Positions 25,603 to 37,010 of a stretch of DNA of 64,000 nt are shown here, piece by piece (within the stretch, counting starts at the first letter, position 1; every line of letters begins with the position of its first letter). The notes under the pieces were generated by a model that did no database searches, was not told the origin of the DNA, and saw nothing but the letters and a program-made list of their open reading frames with translations. The translations under genes were made by a program, and so were the position numbers. Origin of the DNA: Octopus sinensis (lineage: Eukaryota); contig NC_043004.1 in NCBI RefSeq assembly GCF_006345805.1, positions 92,008,001 to 92,072,000 of the forward strand, read 5' to 3'.

Positions 25603-26047
25603 TTATTGCTGAATTTTTCGAGGGTGTCTTATAATGTAATATAGAGGTATTAAGCATTCTCTGAAAATTTAAGATCTTCCTGGTCTTAATTCTAATTCTA
25701 ATTTCATATATGTATTTTATTGCCGAAGACATCTGTATTACGTCTGTGATGTTTCATACAAGTATCTCGGGCCCTTTAAAATGAGTGGGGCAATTTCAGG
25801 GATTTTTTTTACACTCAGTTTCGTTTTTCCGCTTTGTTTTTACATATATATGTATATGACTACATGCGCTTTTGCGTATGTATGTGTGAATGCGGTGCGT
25901 GCCAGTATGTATGTGTGTGTAATTGTGTTATCATTTATGCGCATATGTTTCATGATATCGACCTGGGAGTCCATTGTATTCACACACGAATACAAAACAA
26001 TTGCGATATAAAATATGCATACATACATATACATATACACATATGTG

Positions 26048-26116
<69 letters not shown>

Positions 26117-26248
26117 ATGTATATATATACACACACATATATATGTATATATATATATATATTTATAAATATATATATATGTACATATATATGTATATAT
26201 ATATATGTATATATATATGTATATATATGTATTATGTATATACATACA

Positions 26249-26355
<107 letters not shown>

Positions 26356-27106
26356 ATATATCAGCTCATATCATATATCATATATCATATATAACGCAAA
26401 CAATAGAATGTTCCCTAATGAGCATACGCAGGGATGTTGCTGTGTGTATTTGATTTTGTAACATCGTTTCTATGGTGACCGAAAAGCGTTCCATCATCTG
26501 AAGATTGATTATGCATTACAGGATGGTCAACAAACTGAACAATCCACAATCCACTAATATACCAGATCACCCGCACCCCCGAGGTACCAACCAAAGCTCG
26601 CCTTATGAATATGTAAATACCTACACACAAAAATACACATCGAGACGTCGTCGTATGCGCAAGTGTGTGTCTGTGTCTGCTGGGACATGTATGTAGATAT
26701 TTGAGTGTTGTATGCCTGCGAGATGTGTGTGCGTGTGTGTGAGGCGTATGCTAGGACGTGTGTGGATAGAGTATGTGCGTGCGTGTGTGTGAGTGTGTGT
26801 GCAATAATTTGTGTGCAGGTATATTTGATATTTGAGTAAGAGTATGATGAAAGCGTGTAGCAGTGACAAGTGCGTGATGGTGGGAGCGTGTATGTTCTTA
26901 ATATTCGACAGTGTGTGTGCGTGCGTGTGCGAGTGTTTGTGTAGCTGCGTCTGTGAGTGTAAGTGCATTGTAGTGTGTATGCGTGTGAGATGGGTGATAA
27001 TGTCTGTGATGGTGTGTACGTATGCTTGTGAAATCTACGTTTCTGAATCTGCGTGTGTGAAAGTGAGTGTGTGTGTGTGAGCGTGTGTGTGTGTATGTGT
27101 GTGTGA

Positions 27107-27143
<37 letters not shown>

Positions 27144-27479
27144 ATGGTGTGAACATGACAACGTTTTTTATGTGTATGTGTGTGTGTGTGCACGGTCATG
27201 AGAATGTGTGTGATACTGAGTACATCTGTGTGAGTGTTAGTGTAAAAGTGAGATTGAGTTTATGTCTGTGTGTTTGTGTATATGTGTGTATATGTGTATG
27301 TATGTATGTATGTGTGTATGTATGTCTGTGTGCTTGAGTGTGTTAGTAAGAGTTCTGTGATAGCTAACGACAAATTTAAATATTTATTTTTTTTTTACAT
27401 TCGGTTTTATGGCAGGATGACTTCGCATCTACTACCACCACTCCTACAATAAATACTACTATTATAATAAATGTTGTTG

Positions 27480-27496
27480 CTGCTTCTGCTGCTGCA

Positions 27497-27545
<49 letters not shown>

Positions 27546-27635
27546 ATACTACTACTACCACTACTACTACTACTACTACCACTACTATCATTACTACTAC
27601 TACTACTACCACCACTACTACTACTATTACCCCTA

Positions 27636-27680
<45 letters not shown>

Positions 27681-27843
27681 TTACTACTACTACTACTACT
27701 ACTACTACTATTATTATTATCACCACTGTCACCACTATTACTGCCACAAACAGCACCTCTATCACGAACACCACGTCCACTGCCACAACATTGCCATGAT
27801 CATAACCACCACTTCTACCACCACTACCACCACCACCACCACC

Positions 27844-27881
<38 letters not shown>

Positions 27882-27885
27882 GACT
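27480..27885. repeat. (TAC)n/(CAC)n compound microsatellite
   Basis: Direct reading. Confidence 0.95.
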
Positions 27886-28334
27886 AGAGTAAGTATTGAT
27901 TTTCTATTTTATCACAACACAAAGATAGATATTTTAGATCAAAGTTAGATATAATCAATATCGGTAGAATCGATTAGAACACGCCGTATATTACAAGTAC
28001 GTCTTTCATCCACGGTGAGGTTGGGAGATGAAAAGGCTAAGTCACCTCACTCTCTGCCCACTTCTTCACATATTTACATGGAATAGAAAGTCGGTAAATA
28101 CCGCAAGTTATTTAGACAGGTGCTCGACTAGCTCTGTCAGCCCACGAATATTCACATGACCAAAGAAACGTTGGCTGACATAATCATTGGTCACTAATGC
28201 ACTGGACATATTAGTGACCAATAAAACCAGTATGTTTCTGGTAACTAGATATCACTGACATCATTTAAAATGAATATATAGAATGTGTGCATGTGTGTGT
28301 GTGTATTTGTACATATATGCATATATAAATACAT

Positions 28335-28766
28335 GTGGCTGTGTGGTAAGTAATTTGCTTACCAACCACATGGTTCCGGGTTCAGTCCCACTGCGTGGCA
28401 CCTTGGGCAAATGTCTTCTGCTATAGCCTCGGGCCGACCAAAGCCTTGTGAGTGGATTTGGTAGGCGGAAACTTAAAGAAGTCCGTCGTATATATGTATA
28501 TATATATATGTGTGTGTGTGCGTGTGCGTGTGTGTGCGTGTGTGTATGTGTGTATGTTTGTGTGTCTGTGTTTGTCCACCAACATCGCTTGACAACAGAT
28601 GCTGGTGTGTTTACATCCCCGTAACTTAGCGACTCGGCAAAAGAGATCGATAGAATAAGTACTAAGCTTACAAAGAATAAGTCTTGGGGTCAATTTCTTC
28701 GAATAAAGGCGGTGCTCCAGCATGGCCACAGTCAAATGACTGAAACAAGTAAAAGAGTAAAAGAGT
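28335..28766 (+). mobile_element. SINE family 1, full length
   Basis: GTGGCTGTGTGGTAAG head through GAAACAAGTAAAAGAGTAAAAGAG tail. Confidence 0.9.
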
Positions 28767-28782
28767 ATATATATATATTATA

Positions 28783-28820
<38 letters not shown>

Positions 28821-28915
28821 GATTATTATTATTATTATTATATTATTATTATATTATTATTATTATTATTATTATAATAATAATAATAATAATAACAATA
28901 ATAATGATAATAATA

Positions 28916-28973
<58 letters not shown>

Positions 28974-29061
28974 TATGTGACAACAAAAGAATGAATGAGA
29001 CCTCGATATTATGTAAAATAGAGGAATTTATCTATAAATATAATATGTGACAGTTAGTAGG

Positions 29062-29135
29062 TTGTCATAATAAAACTCAGAGTTTCGGATCCGGGGTTGG
29101 TGTCTGCTCCGGCATCTCATCAGTTATTAAGACAA
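29062..29135 (-). ncRNA. Type I hammerhead ribozyme motif (dimer-type stem III) in a PLE-LTR-like repeat
   Basis: The - strand reads UUGUCU UAAUAA-CUGAUGA-[stem II]-GAAA-CUC U GAG-U U-UUAUUA U GACAA. Both canonical core strands are present, stem I is 6+5 bp, and stem III is palindromic. Confidence 0.75.
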
Positions 29136-31984
29136 ACGCTATGAAAAGAAAATCGTTCAATAAAGGGAAATTACTCCGATAGGCATGGTGAAAGTAAAAC
29201 TTTGTTCATAGAATCCGCATATGTACACATACACACTCATGAATACATGTACGCACACAAACATGTATGTACTTATATCTATATATATACACACACGCGT
29301 GAACATATACATAGGAACACACATATATACATATATATGTCTACGCATACACGCACATACACACGCATATATACTCATGCACGCATCACTACGCTCACAC
29401 TCACATACACGCACACTCACATACATACACGGATATACAAAACGTAGTTTATAGGCACATGCATATACATACGCAGAAAGACGTATATAAGAATAAAAAC
29501 ACATACGCAAAAAACGCACGCATCATTATGTTCATATACACATCTCTATACACACATACACATACATACGCAGATATACAAAACGTAGTCTATACGCACA
29601 TGCACATACATACGCGGATAGACGTATATACAAATAATAACATATACGCAAAAAGCATAAACCATAAAACATTCACATTTGCCGCAAAACTTGAATATAC
29701 AAGTGAGTTATATATGTATATACACAAATACACCATCCTGTCTGTCAAAAACATCTACTCTTGAAGATATAAAAACGTATATACATATATGTATGAAGGA
29801 AGGAGACAAGTACTCGTATATATACAATCATTCGTACACACACACATATATATATGTATATATATGCACACACATACACAGGTATATACTACACGAATAT
29901 AAGTTACACAATTATAAAGGGTGAAAAATAGTATACAGAAAAAATATATAAAGCAATAAAATATATATAAGAAATATATGAGATGTTAAGACATAGGGAT
30001 ACAAAAACGTAGCAAATGTTTTGCCATATGTGGACATCACCCAAAAAGTTCAGTTCTTGAATTTAGACATGTATATATATTCCAGTCATCAGCTGCCATA
30101 CTGATATCACAATGGTTTCGACACCTGAGCTATCCCATTCAGTCCAGCAGTGTCAACAACGTTAAACACACAAATGCTGTCTGGGAATCATTGATAATCA
30201 GCAGGAGGGAAACGTTAGTACACTTTGTCAATTAACCCAACACCAAATTAAACAATTAGTCTTAACTTATAGTCATAAAAGAGCACCTATAAAACTGAGA
30301 ATTTACTCCCAAAACGACATTGTAATCCTAAAATTATAAAACAAAAGAACAAGTGAACTAAACCTATCAAAGAAAGAAGATATTCGACCACTGATACTCG
30401 ACATGATAATACCAACCCAAGAAACAGCAAACCAAGGACCTCAAACATATGCTACTACTACTGAATGCTTTGTTTTTTATTTAATATGAAACCACACCAA
30501 AAGCAAGCCTAATAAAAACTATTGGAACGTTATATCACATAACCAACATCCTCGAGCAATGAACAAGTACACTGTAAAAGGCAAGTATAGATCAATATCT
30601 ATAAATTATAGACTCCAAATTATAAAATAAGTTAACCGAATAAATTGCTAATTAAACGTAAAATGAAGTAAAAAATAATTTAAATTAAAGTTACAATGGA
30701 ATTAGATTAAAAATTATATATATAAAATCATCTAAAACTAGGTAAAAACAACATGCTTGAAATGATATATAAGTCAAAGTAAAAACTACATAACTAAAAT
30801 AAATTATGATAATAAAACGTCCTAATTACGAAGAGACTAAATAGTCTAATGTTATTAATTAAACGGCTACCGTGCTCATTAACTGGGAACATCTTAAACT
30901 ACACATGAATTATAGCACAAATATATGTGGAGTTTAAATCAAGATATACACTTGAGACCTATAGAATATTAAAGTTTCTAAAAAAATTCCCTCAGTTAAA
31001 TTTATTTTCTGCGAATCTATGTGCGACGTCGCGAGTTTTACTGCTACTTTGTACTACTTTTTAGTACTCCAATGCACTTTGCGTTAGTTGGTGGAGAACA
31101 TTTGGCTAGACTTTGACTTACATTCTGCTGTTCCCATTGCTTAATGATATGACTGATTGATTGCTGATGTATATACATTGATAACAAGAAAATATGTGAC
31201 AAATACATACAATACTGGAGCGGATTGCCTATTGGGAGATTGATAACCGGTGATAATTTAAGCTTATATTAAAAATATTAAAAGTGTGAACAGAACGTAG
31301 GAAGACTACAGATGGGTTAAATACTATGTTTATATCTATGAAATTGTTAACGAAAGGTGAAATTGGAAATATTTACTATAGAACTTGAATACAAATATAC
31401 AAGTATAATAACAGAAAAATAATATTAAGTGGTTCACACCTCCATACGAGATTAACATTGTCACATTTATAGACAAGACTTCCTTGAGACTTCTTGATTA
31501 AACCCGCAGACATATATGTTTGAGTACACACGCACAAACACACACACACACATACAAGCACTCACACACACGAATGTATGCATATGTATATTAAGAGCTA
31601 TGCACCGAATATACTAAATTCTTCTTCTTCTTCTTTTTCTGCTTCTGCTTCTTTTTCAGCACAACTTTCCTTTTATCCTTTCCATCTCTCCTCCATTTTT
31701 ACACATAACAAAAAGGAAACACATCTGCGTAGGTAGAAGCATCGAGTTTGAGCTAAGATACCTCATTGAGTATGTCAATGGCTGTATAATCTACAGATAT
31801 GAATATTCTTAACGTTATCTTCAAAGTAAGTACGGAACAGCGTGTGGTAAAGTTGGGCCTTTGACATACAGGTGTAGTCTCACCGACGTGATGCTGCTCA
31901 GTTTTATTCTACCCATTTTCATTCAAAGTTTTCACGTAGATCTGAGAAACAGTGAAAAAAGGAAAACAAATCCTAGATTCTACA

Positions 31985-32065
31985 CATTGAAATCGAACCC
32001 GGACTGTTTTAGTTACGAAGCAAAACCCTTAAGCATTTGACCATGCAGCATCTAAAAGATAAACA
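31985..32065 (-). mobile_element. Degenerate tRNA-like SINE head (further family)
   Basis: The - strand reads GATGCTGCATGGTCAAATGCTTAAGGGTTTTGCTTCGTAACTAAAACAGTCCGGGTTCGATTTC, with A/B-box-like motifs but no acceptor stem. Confidence 0.4.
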
Positions 32066-32227
32066 GAACTATTGACGTATTGGACCATGTAGCTTTCGCA
32101 TACCGGACAAATTCTTTGCAGGTTTACCGAACTAAATGAGCATGTTACGCACGCATATATATACCACACACACACACATCCACACACACACACACACACA
32201 CGCACACACGCGCATCCACACATACAC

Positions 32228-32280
<53 letters not shown>

Positions 32281-32319
32281 TATAATATATATATATATAT
32301 ACCACACACACACACATCC

Positions 32320-32351
<32 letters not shown>

Positions 32352-32539
32352 GCGCATCCACACATACACACAGAGTCCATCCCTCTAATACCCTCTCGCT
32401 TTTTTTGTCTCTGTATTTATCTCGAGGAAGCAATGATAATCACTGGTGAGTTAAGCAACTGTTCTACCTTTCCAACGATGCCATACGCTGAGAGGATTCA
32501 TTGGACTGGCTAAAGTTGCAAGAAAGGGGTTGCAGTGTG

Positions 32540-33441
32540 CTGATCCTTGTCAGCCAAAAACTGAAGCAAGTGCGATTTCAACTCATCAACATTATTGAAA
32601 GTTTTACCATTCAAAGAAGATTGCTTCCTAAATTTGCATTAGTTGTTGACAGTAAACATCTGAATTGATCGTTTGGTTCCGTGGAAGCAGCTCAAAACAT
32701 ACAACACGTTTGTAATCCCACCAAATTGACAGCATAACCGCTTTTAATGCAATTCAGCTTTCAATGTGGTTTTTGCTGGTTCATTACGCTTGGACCATGA
32801 TCGTTTTGATTGATGTTATTGTAGACAACCCATTCTTCATCACCAGTGATGATTCGTTTAAAAAAGAGGTCTGTTTCATTGCGTTTGAGATGCATATCAC
32901 AGATATTGATTCGTTTTGTTAAGCGAATCTCTTTAAACTTATGTGGAGCCTAAATATCGAGCTTCTTAACGAGTCCAAGACAAGTGATTTTAATTGTTGT
33001 GTGTGATACATTTAATCTCTCTGCAATCTCTCGCAAAGTTATATGACAATCAAATTCAAGTCTGGCTTTGATTCGGTCATCATCAACACCGGTAGGTCGA
33101 CCAGAACGTTGGTCATATTTGAGGGAAAAATCTCGAGAAAGGAATTTTTGAAACCATTTATGATATGTGCGTTTTGTTAAGCAATCAACACCATAAACCT
33201 CACGTATCTTTTTGTGAGCCCCGGTAGCTTTCTTGCAACAAAAATTTCGTTTTTGCACTCCAAGTTAAAATTGACACTGAACTGAAAGCTGTAAACAAAA
33301 TTACGCGCAACCTGCTTCTAAAGTATGCTAAACGTAATGGCTATGAAACATCAAAAGGAAAAAATCATAACATTGAAAAAAGCCATTAAAAAAATCGTAA
33401 CTCTATTTGCACAAAGCGAAATTACTTTCTTGCCAATCCAA
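32540..33441 (-). mobile_element. mariner transposon, 5' TIR plus N-terminal ~2/3 of transposase (pseudogene)
   Basis: TIR TTGGATTGGCAAGAAAGTAAT after TA (Hsmar1/cecropia-like). ORF 32950-33258 has the HTH region (EVYG.DCL......WF.KF..GDFSL...RSGRP-like), followed by *APHKFKE and RIITGDEEWVVYNN. Confidence 0.9.
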
Positions 33442-33499
33442 TATATATATCAAGAAAATAAGCTACAAGGATATCCAGAAGTAATGCAGTATATATATA

Positions 33500-34017
33500 T
33501 TGGGTTGTCCGGAAAGTTCAATAAATTCTTGTCATTGCATTTTAAATCAACCAAATATAAACCATTTTGTTGCACTATGCATTTCCATCTTTCCTTTAAC
33601 TTGAATTTAGGTGGTTTCATGGCTAAGAATTCATCAAGGTATCTTTTTACGTCATTCAAGGAATTGAAATTTTTACTATTAAGACTGTTCTGCAGATACC
33701 TGAATAAGTGGAAATCCGAAAGAGCAATATCTGGTGAATATGGAGGGTGGGGTGACACATCCCAGCCGAGCTGCTGCAATTTTTGTCTGGTTCCCAACGC
33801 ATCAAGAGCTGAAAATGAACTTTCTTATCTTCCATTTTAAAGCGTTACAGAATTAACACAGGTTATAGGAACATAAACCTTCTTCCACGAAAAGATAGCT
33901 TAAACTGTGCTCTAAATGGAGGTGTAGTAAAATCCTATTTTATGGACTCAACCATGTTCTAAACTAAGTCGAAAGGTAAGCTGCTATAAATAGACGCGAA
34001 CTTTCCGGACAACCTAA
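33500..34017 (-). mobile_element. Internally deleted mariner (518 bp) of a second family
   Basis: 20-bp TIRs, 19/20 identical (TTGGGTTGTCCGGAAAGTTC and GAACTTTCCGGACAACCTAA), with TA flanks. Start MEDKKVHF is joined to the C-terminal GTRQKLQQLGWDVSPHPPYSPDIALSDFHLF. Confidence 0.92.
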
Positions 34018-34057
34018 TACATACATGCATACATACATACATACATACATACATACA

Positions 34058-34094
<37 letters not shown>

Positions 34095-34142
34095 ATATAT
34101 ATACATATATATATACATATATATACATATATATATATATAA

Positions 34143-34200
<58 letters not shown>

Positions 34201-34251
34201 CATAGACCTACATACATATATATATATGTGTGAGTGTGTGTGCGTATAAAC

Positions 34252-34286
<35 letters not shown>

Positions 34287-34821
34287 TATATAAATATATA
34301 TATGTATGTATTTATGTATATACGCACACACACACATAGTGAAGTAATTAAGACGCTGAGGTCATAGATGTCCGACAAATGATAATTAATGTTTCAATGA
34401 ATATTGCTTTCCCTGCTGTTCATGCATAAATTTATATTGACATGAAAGAGTTTGCAGGTAACTAAATATGAAAAGCTTGGTGCTTGTTTTGAAATCGGTA
34501 AGTAGTGCTTAACATATCTAATACTGGGAACATTAAAGGTTAATTAGAAATAATACGTGGTAATAAAAATAAATAAAGAACGATTATTACAGGAGCCAAC
34601 ACAGATAGGTTTCAGTATTTAACTGATTTAATCAGTGCAATATGGGTGAATGAATCATTAAGTAAATGTACAACATTGTTGCTGGGAAAGTAGAATTTTT
34701 TAGAGATTAAATGATTAGAAGACGCCATTCACTATCTAAAAGTAAACCAACAATATTGATGGGTTGTTTTTAATATATTTAGTTTATTGGACATAAAAAG
34801 ATAAATGTTGTGAAAAAGGAC

Positions 34822-35300
34822 TATGCCTTAATTCCCTGAGCAGGGACACATTGAAACTCCGACGTCTGGCAGCTGAATTGGCAGACACCCATAAAATTAT
34901 CAACCATCTTACAAACAATAACTCTGAGCACCTTTTCGAACTCCACCCGTCTAACACCCGTGGGCATATTTACAAGGTCAGAAAACAGCACAGCTCCCAT
35001 GACTTTAGGAAACATTTTTTCACGCTGAGAGTTGCTGAAGCATGGAACAAACAAACTGCCGGCATCAGTTGTTAGTTGTCGGAGCACTGCATCCTTCAAA
35101 ACTTCCATGCTTTCTGAGATTCCCAACACTACACCTGATTTTCTCCCCTCCATACACACACAAGCATGTATCTGACTCATACACTGTTTACTTTCTAGAC
35201 ATTTGTACATTACTGCATATACTTTATACGCACTTTCTGACAAGTTGTGGTGCACCTGAGCACTGTATACAATAATTTCATTTTTATTAATATTATTATG
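34822..35300 (+). mobile_element. CR1-clade LINE 3' end
   Basis: LKLRRLAAELADTHKII...SNTRGHIYKVRKQ...RKHFFTLRVAEAWNK(L)PASVVSC...SFK, then a 3' UTR and an ATT-rich tail. Confidence 0.85.
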
Positions 35301-35883
35301 TTTTCATTTTTTTCTGTAACTATGGGAAACAATCTCGAATAGTTATGATATTTTTCTGACTTCATCAGCAAAGCTTACTCCTCATCATTCAGGTAGTGTA
35401 TTGGTGAATGGAAATGTAGTAGTATAATTTTTGTACCTAAAATAAATGGTAAAAGCTATTCACGATACACAGAATAGCTTTATGGAATACGGCTGAACTG
35501 GCGAAAATCATTTGAAAACTACTGGTCTTGATTGAGTTTTTGCACCATAGAATATCATGGCATGAAATGGAATGGAAAGAACTTTCTATTTAGAATAAAG
35601 TATTACTAACGCTCTAGTGTGATTGTATATACCCACAAAGCAATATTTCTGTTGTACCTTCTACACAAATTAAGAGATTTGATATATTTTGTTAACAAAT
35701 GCAACTTCAAATTCCTTGAAACATATCCAAGTAAAAGCGATGACCATGTCGTCAACAATACTGCAATGTATTTATTTCATTATATAAATATGTTATAGAA
35801 ACAGTAATGCAATCACCGGAAAATTTATATATATTAATATATAAAGTAAAATCCAGTAACAGCAGCAAGAACAATAATAATAA

Positions 35884-36175
35884 GAATATTTTCTCATGTA
35901 AGCACAAGGCCTGAAATTTTGTGATTAAATCGACCCCTGTGCTAGTCAGGTACTTATTTCTTCGACCCCTGAAATCGACTTCGGTGGAATTGAACTCAAA
36001 GCAGAGGGATGAAATACCACTAAGCATTTTGTCCGGCGTGCTATTCCTTCCTAATATAAGTACAAGTCCTGAAATTCTAGGGAAGTGAGATAGCAGATAA
36101 CATCGACCCTAGTACTCGACCATCATGTACTTTATCCACCCTGAAAGCATAAAAGCCAAAGTCGACCTCATCGAA
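35884..36175 (-). mobile_element. Two decayed Meta-domain-like SINE fragments
   Basis: Contain ATCGACCCC...GGTACTTATTT..CGACCCC..GAAA...GTCGAC segments like the intact copies at 40727 and 44165. Confidence 0.6.
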
Positions 36176-36400
36176 GTACAGGAATGACTAATAATTTTTG
36201 AATTCTCTCAAATTGTCCAGTCAACGTGCAAAAGTAAGAATAATTGTTTTCTGGTTTGGAATTTAACTCCCATTTCTAGTGTGTTGGAAAACCATTTAGT
36301 GGCTCTTTCCATTCGTGTATAATTTTTATACACACATATAATACAATAATATTTGCAGTCTACGAACATTTTTACTCACGCTGACCACTGGTAAAAATTC

Positions 36401-36569
36401 GCTTGACATCCGATGGTGGCGTGTCTACGTCCATAACTTAGCGATCGGCAAAAAGTGACCGATAGAATAAGTAGTAAGCTTACAAAGAATAAGTCCTGGG
36501 GTCAACCTTTTTCGACTAAAGGTGGTGCTCCAGCATGGCCGCAGTCAAATTACTGGAACAAATAAAAGA

Positions 36570-36570
<1 letters not shown>
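36401..36570 (+). mobile_element. SINE family 1, 3' half
   Basis: Tail-to-tail with the - copy that starts at 36608, across a (TA)n tract. Confidence 0.85.
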
Positions 36571-36600
<30 letters not shown>

Positions 36601-36818
36601 ATATATATACTCTTTTACTCTTTTACTTGTTTCAGTCATTTGACTGCGGCCATGCTGGAGCACCGCCTTTAGTCGAGCAAATCGACCCCGGGACATATTC
36701 TTTGTAAGCCCAGTACTTATTCTATCGGTCTCTTTTGCCGAACCGCTAAGTGACGGGGGCGTAAACACACCAGCATCGGTTGTCAAGCAATGCTAGTGGG
36801 ACAGACACAAACACACAC

Positions 36819-36867
<49 letters not shown>

Positions 36868-37010
36868 TACGACGGGCTTCTTTCAGTTTCCGTCTACCAA
36901 ATCCACTCACAAGGCATTGGTCGGCCCGGGGCTATAGCAGAAGACACTTGCCCAAGATGCCACGCAGTGGGACTGAACCCCGAACCATGTGGTTGGTTAG
37001 CAAGCTACTT

